Both the position numbers and the translations under genes were made by a program. From Candidatus Aenigmatarchaeota archaeon (GTDB taxonomy: Archaea; Aenigmatarchaeota; Aenigmatarchaeia; GW2011-AR5; JAGGXF01), in contig JAOZPR010000016.1 in assembly GCA_029932645.1 (NCBI GenBank), positions 1-15,775 on the forward strand: a DNA stretch of 15,775 bases, given 5' to 3'. Shown one piece after another: positions 5,260-14,013 of this stretch. Position 1 is the stretch's first letter, and each line of letters begins with the position of its first letter. A model generated the notes under the pieces. It did no database searches. It worked only from the letters and a program-made list of their open reading frames with translations, and was not told the origin of the DNA.

Positions 5260-7554
5260 ATGCGAACAAAAAAGCGTGGAAGAAAATATGTGGTTTGGTT
5301 TAATGAAGTAGGTAGTAAGGACATCGGCTTGGTTGGCGGGAAAGTAGCATCTCTTGGCGAGATGATTCAAAAGGTAAATGTGCCTGTGCCAGGCGGTTTC
5401 GCAGTAACAGCTGATGCTTACCGATATTTTGTGAAAAAAAATAACTTGGACAAAATAATTAAAAAGGAGCTTAAAGGGCTGAATGTTCATAACCTCAGGA
5501 AGCTGCAAAAAGCAGGTATGAGAATAAGAAAAGATATAAAAAAAGCCAAGATTCCTGAAGACCTCAAAAAGGATATTATGGACCATTTCAAAAAGATGCA
5601 AAAGAGGTTCGGAAAAAATCTCATGGTTGCTGTCCGGTCGTCTGCAACAGCAGAAGACCTTCCTGATGCGTCTTTCGCAGGACAGCAGGAGTCGTATTTG
5701 CACGTAACTGAAAAGGATTTGGTGGAAAAGGTCAAATCCTGTTTTGCTTCCTTGTTTACAGACAGGGCCATATCATACAGAGAAGACAAACATTTTGACC
5801 ACTTCTCTGTTTATCTCTCTGTCGGCGTGCAAAAGATGGTCGACTCGCAAGCAGCCGGTGTTATGTTCACGATAGACCCTGACACGGGGTTTGAGAATAC
5901 CGTCGTCATAAACGGCTCTTGGGGGCTTGGTGATTATATTGTTCAGGGCAATGTCACGCCAGACGAATTTTATGTGTTCAAGCCCACGCTTGGTATATTG
6001 AAGAAAAGGCTCGGCTCAAAAAAAATCATGGAAGTACGGGCCGGAAAAGCCGGCGTTAAGAAAAAGCTTGTGCCAGCGAGCAAGCGAAAGGCCTTTGCCT
6101 TGTCTGACAAAGAAGTTAAACAACTGGCAAAATACGCGATAACAATAGAAAAACACTATGGAAGGCCTATGGACATAGAATGGGGAAAAGACGCTGACGG
6201 TCGACTATATGTTTTACAGGCGCGTCCAGAAACCGTGCAGTCAATGAAAAAGAAAAATGTTGTTGAAACATACAAGCTTCAACAAAAGTCAAAAATTCTT
6301 ACGCAAGGCCAGGCCATTGGCCGAAAAATCGGTGCGGGCAAGGCCAATGTCATAAAGAATGTTTCTGGTATAAGAAACTTCAAGAAGGGGCAAGTTCTGG
6401 TAACAGAGATAACAGATCCTGACTGGGAACCGATAATGAAGATAGCTTCAGCCATTGTAACAGAGAAAGGTGGCCGTACCAGTCATGCGGCAATAGTGTC
6501 AAGGGAGTTGGGAATACCTGCTATCATCGGCGCAGAAGACGCGACCAAAAAGATAAAACAAGGGCAGACTGTGACAGCGGACTGCACATCAGACCCAGGC
6601 ACAGTGTGGTCAGGCGCATTGAAATATAAAATAGAAAAAAGAAGCATAGAAAAACTGCCCAAGACCAAGACAGACATATTAGTTAATATAGGAATACCTG
6701 AAGAGGCATTGGAAGCATCGCGTCTGCCTGTTGATGGTGTAGGACTTGCTCGCGAGGAGTTCATAATAAACTCATACATAGCAGAGCATCCGCTTGCAAT
6801 GATAGAACAGGGCCGTGGCAACGAGTTTACAGAGAAACTTGCCGAGGGCGTAGCAGAACTGGTTGCTCCATTCTATCCAAGGCCTGTGATAGTGCGGCTA
6901 TCTGACTTCAAGTCCAATGAATATGCAAACCTGAAGGGCGGCAAGAAGTTTGAGCCCGACGAACACAACCCAATGATTGGCTGGCGTGGAGCATCGCGTT
7001 ACATAGACCCCGCGTTCGAGCAAGCGTTCCGCCTCGAGTGCAGGGCAATCAAAAAGGTCCGCGATGAAATGGGCTTAACAAATATGATAGTAATGATACC
7101 GTTCTGCCGAACGCTTGAAGAGGCGGAGAAAACAATTAAGATAATGGCAAGCGAGGGTCTGCGACGCGGCAAAAACGGCCTCAAGGTTTTTGTCATGGCT
7201 GAGATACCATCTAATATTGTTCTTGCAGACAAATTCTCTCAATACTTTGACGGCTTCTCCATAGGTTCAAATGATTTGACACAGCTTACGCTCGGAATAG
7301 ACAGGGACTCTGAAAAGCTCGCAGGCACCGCAGACGAGCGAAACCCTGCTGTGATGCGGCTTATCGAGCAGCTCATCCCCACCGCACACAAATACAGAAG
7401 AAAGGTCGGGATATGCGGCCAAGCACCGTCAGATTTTCCAGAGTTCGTGGAATTCCTCATAAAAAACAAGATAGACTCCATATCAGTGAACCCAGATGTG
7501 GCTGTGAAAACAAAGATTATGGTCGCAAAGATGGAGAAAAAGTTGAGGAGATAA
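5260..7554 (+). CDS. ppsA: Phosphoenolpyruvate synthase (pyruvate, water dikinase)
   Basis: VGGK, VAVRSSATAEDLPDASFAGQQES, phospho-His motif GGRTSHAAIVSRELG, NPMIGWRGASRY, FSIGSNDLTQLTLG, GICGQAPSD. AGGAGG RBS before ATG 5260 (track start 5233). Confidence 0.97.
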   Translation: MRTKKRGRKYVVWFNEVGSKDIGLVGGKVASLGEMIQKVNVPVPGGFAVTADAYRYFVKKNNLDKIIKKELKGLNVHNLRKLQKAGMRIRKDIKKAKIPEDLKKDIMDHFKKMQKRFGKNLMVAVRSSATAEDLPDASFAGQQESYLHVTEKDLVEKVKSCFASLFTDRAISYREDKHFDHFSVYLSVGVQKMVDSQAAGVMFTIDPDTGFENTVVINGSWGLGDYIVQGNVTPDEFYVFKPTLGILKKRLGSKKIMEVRAGKAGVKKKLVPASKRKAFALSDKEVKQLAKYAITIEKHYGRPMDIEWGKDADGRLYVLQARPETVQSMKKKNVVETYKLQQKSKILTQGQAIGRKIGAGKANVIKNVSGIRNFKKGQVLVTEITDPDWEPIMKIASAIVTEKGGRTSHAAIVSRELGIPAIIGAEDATKKIKQGQTVTADCTSDPGTVWSGALKYKIEKRSIEKLPKTKTDILVNIGIPEEALEASRLPVDGVGLAREEFIINSYIAEHPLAMIEQGRGNEFTEKLAEGVAELVAPFYPRPVIVRLSDFKSNEYANLKGGKKFEPDEHNPMIGWRGASRYIDPAFEQAFRLECRAIKKVRDEMGLTNMIVMIPFCRTLEEAEKTIKIMASEGLRRGKNGLKVFVMAEIPSNIVLADKFSQYFDGFSIGSNDLTQLTLGIDRDSEKLAGTADERNPAVMRLIEQLIPTAHKYRRKVGICGQAPSDFPEFVEFLIKNKIDSISVNPDVAVKTKIMVAKMEKKLRR

Positions 7555-7580
7555 AAACTTTGTTCTAATACTGAGTCGGT

Positions 7581-7679
7581 CTAAGAAAAAATAAGGACAT
7601 CGTTTATTAGAAGATATGCTCCGATTAGTAGTATGATAGTTATGATAATGATTACTGACCAGTCCAGTTTTGAAGCCAT
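7581..7679 (-). CDS. Putative 32-aa single-pass membrane microprotein
   Basis: MASKLDWSVIIIITIILLIGAYLLINDVLIFS*. GAGG RBS-like sequence upstream. It fills the ppsA-pcm gap, and an AT-rich TATA-like tract at about 7709-7720 is shared with divergent pcm. Confidence 0.65.
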   Translation of the reverse strand: MASKLDWSVIIIITIILLIGAYLLINDVLIFS

Positions 7680-7745
7680 CTCAACGCCTCTTGATTACTT
7701 ATAGCTTAACTTAAATATAAAGTTTTTTCTTTCTTATTAAGAATT

Positions 7746-8402
7746 ATGACAGATGACATGCTCGCCGAGAAAAAAGAGATGCTCATAAAACATCTTGTCA
7801 AGGCAGGACACCTGAGAACAGAACGCGTTATCCAGGCTTTTCGTCGCGTTCCGCGCGAGGCGTTCGTGCCAGAGCATCTTATAGACTATGCTTATGTTGA
7901 TGAACCCCTGCCGATTGGCGAGGGCCAGACTATATCACAACCGCTAACTATAGCAGATATGACAGAAGCACTGGAGCCAAGGCCTGGCCAAAAGATACTG
8001 GAAATAGGCGCAGGCTCAGGATACCAAGCTGCAATACTTGCAGAAATAGTCGGAAGCAAAGGAAAGGTCATATCTGTGGAAAGGGTTGAAAAGCTCGCCA
8101 AAGAAACAAGACAGCGCATTGCTCAGCTTGGCTACAAGAATATAAAAATAGTCACAGGCGACGGCTCGCTCGGCTATGCTAGGAAAGCGCCATATGACAG
8201 GATTATCGTGACGTGTGCAGCGCCGTTTGTGCCAGAACCACTTAAGGAGCAGTTAAAAATCAGTGGTGTGATGGTGATACCAGTCGGTTCTTGGCTGCAG
8301 CAGATATTCAAGATAAGAAAAACCGCTGCAGGCTTCGAGCAGAAAAGCATTGGCTTTTACCAGTTCGTGCCGCTCATAGGTGAGCATGGTTTCAATCCTT
8401 AG
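7746..8402 (+). CDS. pcm: Protein-L-isoaspartate(D-aspartate) O-methyltransferase
   Basis: VPREAFVP, AYVDEPLPIGEGQTISQP, ILEIGAGSGYQAA, GDGSLG, APYDRIIVT, FVPLIG. Confidence 0.96.
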   Translation: MTDDMLAEKKEMLIKHLVKAGHLRTERVIQAFRRVPREAFVPEHLIDYAYVDEPLPIGEGQTISQPLTIADMTEALEPRPGQKILEIGAGSGYQAAILAEIVGSKGKVISVERVEKLAKETRQRIAQLGYKNIKIVTGDGSLGYARKAPYDRIIVTCAAPFVPEPLKEQLKISGVMVIPVGSWLQQIFKIRKTAAGFEQKSIGFYQFVPLIGEHGFNP

Positions 8403-8405
8403 AAA

Positions 8406-9395
8406 CTAATCCTTAGAAACTATTGAGCGGTGGAACAAGAACCCGGACACGAGTAGTATGCCAATGACTATCAATTCTATAATTTTAAAGAGGCCGAAAT
8501 TAATTATTATTTCTTCAGCAGCAAATTCAAGAAAACCCATCCATAATATTTCATAAGCAATAAGGATAGAGAATGAAATAAATGAAAAGAAGGACAAAAG
8601 CATGGTAATGGATTTCTCGCTTGTCAGCATCCCAGCAACAGAAACCACAAGCAAAGAGAAAAAGCTGAAAACGTAAAAGAAGCTGCTGAAATGTGTTAGA
8701 ATATTATATACCAGAATTATCATCGACAGGGAAAATAAAGAATATTCCCAGGGTCTTTTTATTCTAACTGCTTTTACGGTCTGCGCTGGACCAAGCTTGA
8801 GCAATGGTGTTTCTTTGTAGAACAACAGGAAAGACACCATCAACAAAATGTTAAAATAAACAGAATTTATTCTCGGATAATAAAACATCAGGCTCATTAT
8901 TAACTGTATAATGTATATACAACAGGCTGCAATGCCCAAGACACTTATAACCCTGAACTCTCTAAATAGCAGAGCAAATGCTTCAAGTGCGACCAACAGG
9001 CACAAAATACTTGTCATGATCCAGAAGTTCAACCCGGAAAAATATATGGGTATGATGAAAATCAGCGGAATCAGCAGCTGAATAAAACTCTTATCTTTGA
9101 TATACGCAACTACGTGAGTCAAAAAAATAACAAATAGAACTATCTGCAAACCATGAAATGCTACTAGATTAGCACCAGAAAGTTCAAGAAACGCAATAGC
9201 AGCAGCAAACAAAAATGCCAGTGACAAAAACAAAAAGCTGTTTGCCAGCTTGTAATATCTTTTTCCTATTCTAAAGGATAACAGGAAGCAAACAAGAAAA
9301 GTAATAAAATTCATCAATATGTTTGCCAGTTGCAACAAAGCCATGATATAGTATTGTTCTGCCTTTTTAAAAACTTTTTTGCTCTTTTTGTTCAT
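8406..9395 (-). CDS. Polytopic membrane protein of unknown function
   Basis: About 10-11 hydrophobic segments, no recognisable motif. Lies directly downstream of lysS on the same strand. The start could be ATG 9344. Confidence 0.75.
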   Translation of the reverse strand: MNKKSKKVFKKAEQYYIMALLQLANILMNFITFLVCFLLSFRIGKRYYKLANSFLFLSLAFLFAAAIAFLELSGANLVAFHGLQIVLFVIFLTHVVAYIKDKSFIQLLIPLIFIIPIYFSGLNFWIMTSILCLLVALEAFALLFREFRVISVLGIAACCIYIIQLIMSLMFYYPRINSVYFNILLMVSFLLFYKETPLLKLGPAQTVKAVRIKRPWEYSLFSLSMIILVYNILTHFSSFFYVFSFFSLLVVSVAGMLTSEKSITMLLSFFSFISFSILIAYEILWMGFLEFAAEEIIINFGLFKIIELIVIGILLVSGFLFHRSIVSKD

Positions 9396-9410
9396 ATGTC
9401 ATATTTTTTA

Positions 9411-11021
9411 TCAAACCGTCTCGAAAATCTTTTTGGCCCTTTCAAGGCCTATCGCAAGAATTAGCGGCGCAAGCCTCGGGCCGCGCGCACTGCCGAGCAG
9501 GGCAGCGTAAGCACCAGTAAAAAAGTCTTTCACAGAGATGTCATTTGACTTCGCTATCTCAAAGAATTTTGAGTAGAGTTCGTCCTCTGTTATACTTGGT
9601 CGCAGCTCTTCTGCAAGGCTATGAAGCGCAGCACGCTGCTTCTCTGTTAATACTATTTTTTCTTTTTCCTCTTCTGTCTCAGCTAACCAGCTTCTAACAT
9701 ATTCGAACCTTTTCTCCAGTTCTTCCTTTTGCTCATTGCTCATTTTTTCTGGCAGGTGTTCTGTCCTGCGTAAGATATCTTTTACTATATCTTTGTCCTT
9801 TACCAGTTTCACGAAGCCGGCTAAGAGCCTGTAAGGTATCCTTATTTGTGGCTTTTCTGGACTTAGAAAATAGACATACTCGTAGAGCCGCTTGGCATGA
9901 GCAATTTCCTTGTCCGAGAGTTTCTTAGCAAGTGCCTCATCTTCATTATAATAGATTCTGGACAAATTGTCTACTTCGTCCATATATTTTGGTATCTCGT
10001 AAACATCAACAACCCTGGTCGTGCTGAGCCGTTTCAAGAACAGCAGACGTATGCTCTCCTTGCTGCCATACCTAAGCCAGACCTGCGGTGTGAACACATT
10101 GCCTTTACTCTTGGATATTTTTTGTCCTCCTCTCTCGACAAAGAGCTCATAGAATGAATGAACAGGTGGCTCGTAGCCAAGTATCTGCCTGCATATCTCG
10201 TCATTCACAGCAACACTGTCAGCAATATCCTTTCCATAGGCCTCATAATTTATCTTGAGAGCACGCCAACGCGCAGCAAACTCTACTTTCCACGAGAGCT
10301 TGCCATCTCTTATGGAACATTCACCTTCATGTCCGCAACCATTAATAACAATCTCCTCGCCAGTGTTTGAATCCTTGCCAACAAAAGAAGAGTCGCACTT
10401 GTAGAGAACCTTTTTTTCATCAGGCAAAAATTTGTAAGCCCGAGTCGTGTATATCCGGCCACACTTCTCGCATATCGGCAGGAATGGTAGTTGTTGCGTG
10501 TATTTGTCCTGGTTTGTCAGCTTGCGTATTATTTCACCAGCCTTTTGTGCATTCGCGAGTATTTCTATTATCTCCTTGTCAAGCAGGCCGTTTCTATAAG
10601 CGTCGTCGCCTGTCTGTAAATTGTATTTAACACCTATCTTCTCGAATGCATCAATAAGCAGGGACGAAACATGCTCACCGAAGTTTTTATGACATCCAAA
10701 AGGGTCCTCTATCATGGAAACAGGCTTGCCTATGTCTTTTCGCAGCGAAGCAGGAAACCCAGCAGGCACCTTTCGCAGACCATCCCTGTTGTCCGAAAAA
10801 GCGATGAGCTCGCTCTTATAACCAAGTTCTTTCAGAGCCAGCGCAACAACAAATGACCTTATTCCGTCACCAGCAGAGCCCACGTGCGGAATGCCGCTTG
10901 CTCCGAGCCCCATCTCTGTGCGATAAACATCTACTGCTCTGCCTAGCTTTTTTTCACGCTCGACAATTTCTTTTGCTATTTTATCAGCCCAAAATATATT
11001 ATCCATTCCTTTCTTGTTCAT
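9411..11021 (-). CDS. lysS: Lysine--tRNA ligase, class I
   Basis: FWAD, GASGIPHVGS (HIGH-like), DGLRKVP, Zn-binding CEKCG, GKLSWKVEFAARW, EAYGKD, KISKSKGN (KMSKS-like), C-terminal GPRL. Confidence 0.97.
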   Translation of the reverse strand: MNKKGMDNIFWADKIAKEIVEREKKLGRAVDVYRTEMGLGASGIPHVGSAGDGIRSFVVALALKELGYKSELIAFSDNRDGLRKVPAGFPASLRKDIGKPVSMIEDPFGCHKNFGEHVSSLLIDAFEKIGVKYNLQTGDDAYRNGLLDKEIIEILANAQKAGEIIRKLTNQDKYTQQLPFLPICEKCGRIYTTRAYKFLPDEKKVLYKCDSSFVGKDSNTGEEIVINGCGHEGECSIRDGKLSWKVEFAARWRALKINYEAYGKDIADSVAVNDEICRQILGYEPPVHSFYELFVERGGQKISKSKGNVFTPQVWLRYGSKESIRLLFLKRLSTTRVVDVYEIPKYMDEVDNLSRIYYNEDEALAKKLSDKEIAHAKRLYEYVYFLSPEKPQIRIPYRLLAGFVKLVKDKDIVKDILRRTEHLPEKMSNEQKEELEKRFEYVRSWLAETEEEKEKIVLTEKQRAALHSLAEELRPSITEDELYSKFFEIAKSNDISVKDFFTGAYAALLGSARGPRLAPLILAIGLERAKKIFETV

Positions 11022-11225
11022 CTTGTCACCATTTATCTAAATTTTAATGGCCATCAAATATATATAAATTGAATCGTTTCAAAGACAAAAATAAACAGTG
11101 CTAAACCTATGAGAAATCAAAGACGCTTGTGTTTTTGGCTACTCGCTGTAAACAAATCCATAGAATAAAAATGGCTGCACAAATACTTAAATCTTTTTAT
11201 TGTTTGTGTTGCAAAAATAAGGTAT

Positions 11226-12398
11226 ATGTTTGAGTCCATAACATTTGAGAGTATAAGTTTCGTAGTTTTCATACTATTCCTCCTCGCGGTTGTGCATAGG
11301 GACAGAAAAAAGATAAAAATCGAGGGCATAATGATAATGCGACGAACGCGGAAAGGCAGGGATTTCATAGACCGTGTTGCAAGGCTGTGCCCGCGATGCT
11401 GGAACTCTCTTGCCATCGTTGCTGTGCTTCTTTCGCTTGTGGTCATATGTGTTGGCCCGTTCTTTCTCTGGAATCAGGCCGCGTCTATTGCAGCGGGTGA
11501 GGCAAAGGAAGGCGTGCGGCTAATACTACCGTGGGCTGTTTCTGAGGTTGAATCAAGGCCAGGCATTCTCCTGCTACCGTGGTGGCTGTGGGTTATTGCA
11601 GCATTAAGCGTCATGATACCACATGAGCTTTCGCATGGAATAGTAAGCAGGGTAGAAAAAATACCTATCAGTTCGCTTGGCTGGGTATTATTTCTCTTCC
11701 TGCCTGGCGCATTCGTGGAGCCAGATGAGAAAAAACTAAAAAAAGCAAAAAAATCTACGCGGCTCAAGATATATGCAGCCGGCTCATTCGCGAATTTTAT
11801 TGTCGCTTTGCTGGTCTCAGGAATTGTTTTGCTGATTAATCTAAGCATGTTGACACCAAACGGCATAATACCAGCAGGCCTTATAGCAGACTATCCGTGC
11901 TACCAGGCAAATGTTACTGGTGTTATTCAGGGAATAGCTGGCCAACCTGTCCTGGTCGCGGAAGATGTCTCGAGGATATTGTCAGAAATATCAGTAGGTT
12001 CAAACATCACGATAAGGACAGATGAAGGGTTATTTAATATAACCACTGCCGAAAATCCTGACCAAGCAAACAAATCATTCATAGGCATAGCAGGGCCATT
12101 TGGCCAAAGCTATGCACTTAAAGACAATATCAAAGCGAAATTCGGCGACGTCATGCCGCACATAGAAACGCTGAAGATGATACTGTTCTGGGTATTCCTC
12201 ATCAATGCCGGTGTTGGCATCGTGAACCTGCTTCCTCTAAAACCATTGGATGGCGGCATAATATTCGAAGAAATCATCAGCGACATGACAACGAACGCAA
12301 GAAAAGTCACAGGCGCAGTATCCATAGCAATGTTGCTACTACTTTTATTCAACCTATTCGGACCTTACATAGTTAGTTTTGTTTCTTCGGTCGTGTAG
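11226..12398 (+). CDS. Site-2 protease family (M50) intramembrane metalloprotease with PDZ-like insert
   Basis: HELSH (HExxH), GAFVEPD, IYAAGSFAN, NLLPLKPLDGG. Confidence 0.95.
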   Translation: MFESITFESISFVVFILFLLAVVHRDRKKIKIEGIMIMRRTRKGRDFIDRVARLCPRCWNSLAIVAVLLSLVVICVGPFFLWNQAASIAAGEAKEGVRLILPWAVSEVESRPGILLLPWWLWVIAALSVMIPHELSHGIVSRVEKIPISSLGWVLFLFLPGAFVEPDEKKLKKAKKSTRLKIYAAGSFANFIVALLVSGIVLLINLSMLTPNGIIPAGLIADYPCYQANVTGVIQGIAGQPVLVAEDVSRILSEISVGSNITIRTDEGLFNITTAENPDQANKSFIGIAGPFGQSYALKDNIKAKFGDVMPHIETLKMILFWVFLINAGVGIVNLLPLKPLDGGIIFEEIISDMTTNARKVTGAVSIAMLLLLLFNLFGPYIVSFVSSVV

Positions 12399-12422
12399 CA
12401 AAAGTCATGAATTTGATGAGAA

Positions 12423-12977
12423 CTACACCTCTCTCTGGTGACCGGCAACAAACAGATAATATTTCTGGTTGCCCTGCATTTCTTCCATGACCCGCTTTTC
12501 TATTACCTTGAGTGGGTCAGGCATGAGTTTAACACGGTTCCTTATGTCCTCAAAGCTCTCAAACGGCTTTTTTCTTCTCTCTGCCAATATGTTTTCAACG
12601 TGCTTTTTGCCTATTCCTGGCAAAAGCTCAAACTGGTGCATCCTTGGCGTAATCATGCCGGCATGATTGAAGAAGTTTACAAAGCGTTTTTCATGCTTCA
12701 AAAGCATGCCTTGTAAAATCTCGGGAAGCGAGGAAAAGGCAACATTTGTCAGGTCTTTCTGGTATATCTTGCGCTTGATATACTTAACCTTGTCTCTTTT
12801 TTCAGGACCAATATACAGACGCTCGCCGAGTTTCACAGATGTATCAGGCTTTACAGCTAATTCCAGTAAAGAAAAAAATTGCTCACCAATAGCCTGGGCT
12901 ATGGGTTCTGACCTTCTGTCGCCAGCATGCCCTGCTGACAAAAAATCCAGTACTATAGCATATTCTTCTCTTCTCAT
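12423..12977 (-). CDS. DUF655 family putative RNA-binding protein
   Basis: EEYAIVLDFL, AQAIGEQFFSLLEL, FVNFFN, RMHQFELLPGIGKK, PFESFEDI. Conserved position after rpl21e-rpo4. ATG at 12977 preferred. Confidence 0.92.
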   Translation of the reverse strand: MRREEYAIVLDFLSAGHAGDRRSEPIAQAIGEQFFSLLELAVKPDTSVKLGERLYIGPEKRDKVKYIKRKIYQKDLTNVAFSSLPEILQGMLLKHEKRFVNFFNHAGMITPRMHQFELLPGIGKKHVENILAERRKKPFESFEDIRNRVKLMPDPLKVIEKRVMEEMQGNQKYYLFVAGHQREV

Positions 12978-13094
12978 AGACCATAACCCCAAACGCCGCA
13001 AGCATCATTATCAGTTAATAATTTAGTTAATAGTTTAGCAGTCAACAATTTAGTCGCGCGTTCTTCACATCCCCACATAACTCAGACTAATAAC

Positions 13095-13421
13095 TTATAC
13101 CACGGAATTTACAATGTCAACTATCTTCTTGATTTCGTCCTTCTTCAGATTCGTTCTCTCCTTGGCAAATATTATCTTAACCTCATCTTCTGTGGTGGGT
13201 AGGTTGTTTATTATCAATGCACAATGCCTTGGCTTAAGTATAGCTATTTTCGACAGCCCAGACATCAGTTTTTCCAATTTTGCCTTTGTAAGAGTCGAGG
13301 TCTTTTCAAGATATTCCAAACAAATCTTTTGTTCATAAACAAAATCTCTCTCCTTCTTTCTCTCTTCTAGTATCTTCTTGGCCTCTGATATGGATATTAC
13401 TTTTTCTTCCAAGACCTTCAT
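13095..13421 (-). CDS. rpo4: DNA-directed RNA polymerase subunit Rpo4 (F)
   Basis: ISISEAKKIL, YEQKICLEYL, IINNLPTTEDEVKIIFAKE. GGAGGT RBS before ATG 13421. Syntenic with rpl21e. Confidence 0.92.
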   Translation of the reverse strand: MKVLEEKVISISEAKKILEERKKERDFVYEQKICLEYLEKTSTLTKAKLEKLMSGLSKIAILKPRHCALIINNLPTTEDEVKIIFAKERTNLKKDEIKKIVDIVNSVV

Positions 13422-13422
13422 T

Positions 13423-13716
13423 TTAAAGACCTCCCTTGGCAACAGCTGGATATAGGTGTTGTGCCCTTGAAATTATTCTCTTTGTTTTTTTGCGGTCTTT
13501 GACCTCAACAATATAAGCCTCGCCTCTCTTAGCAACAATTCTTCCTGTCATAGCATGAAACTTTGGGTGCGGAAAAGACTTTGCGCCACTATGAATATTT
13601 ACATGAACCTTGTCACCAATATTAAATTTTCTCAGTATTGCGGTAATGGTCGGCTTTTTCTTCACCTTAAGTTTATGTCTTGTTCTACTTCTAGATCCTC
13701 CGGATTTTCTCACCAT
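13423..13716 (-). CDS. rpl21e: 50S ribosomal protein L21e
   Basis: S.G.RSRTRHKL, FNIGDKVHVNI, PHPKFHAMTGRIVAKRGEAY, KRIISRAQHL. AGGAGGAG RBS. Confidence 0.96.
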   Translation of the reverse strand: MVRKSGGSRSRTRHKLKVKKKPTITAILRKFNIGDKVHVNIHSGAKSFPHPKFHAMTGRIVAKRGEAYIVEVKDRKKTKRIISRAQHLYPAVAKGGL

Positions 13717-13911
13717 ACTAGCTCCTCCTTTTTGTGTTACAAATATACCCTATGCTAACTACATCTAAACAATTGCCTTTCTGATTGTCCTGCTCTTTTA
13801 ATTTATGGAAAAAAAGCTTAAAAAGCTTAAAATACGCAGGACTGTCGCAATACAAAAATTGACCAATAACTGGTTTATGTACCCCAAACGCAGTATGACA
13901 TAAGAAGTTAA

Positions 13912-14012
13912 AAAAGTAAGGCAGAAGTCTCTGGTTTCAGCCGTGTGTTGCAGCCACGACAGGCTTCGCCCTTGGTTTTACCTTTATCATACAAAGATTG
14001 AGAACAATCGAG
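13912..14012 (-). repeat. Dispersed non-coding element, copy B (candidate structured RNA)
   Basis: The - strand reads CTCGATTGTTCTCAATCTTTGTATGATAAAGGTAAAACCAAGGGCGAAGCCTGTCGTGGCTGCAACACACGGCTGAAACCAGAGACTTCTGCCTTACTTTT. It is homologous to 3833-3971, begins 1 nt after the pus10 stop, and ends in a T-tract. Confidence 0.9.
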
Positions 14013-14013
14013 C

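Noticed and set aside
13808..13832. Tandem AAAAAGCTT repeats upstream of rpl21e
   Set aside because: Low-complexity AT-rich promoter or terminator sequence; only two short units.
12986..13891. 11-nt direct repeat ACCCCAAACGC at 12986-12996 and 13881-13891
   Set aside because: Matches of 11 nt are expected by chance in a window this size, and the flanks do not align.
3833..14012. The two inverted copies as terminal repeats of one 10-kb transposon
   Set aside because: The enclosed genes are core genes (lysS, rpo4, rpl21e, tRNA). There is no transposase or integrase, and no target-site duplication is visible.
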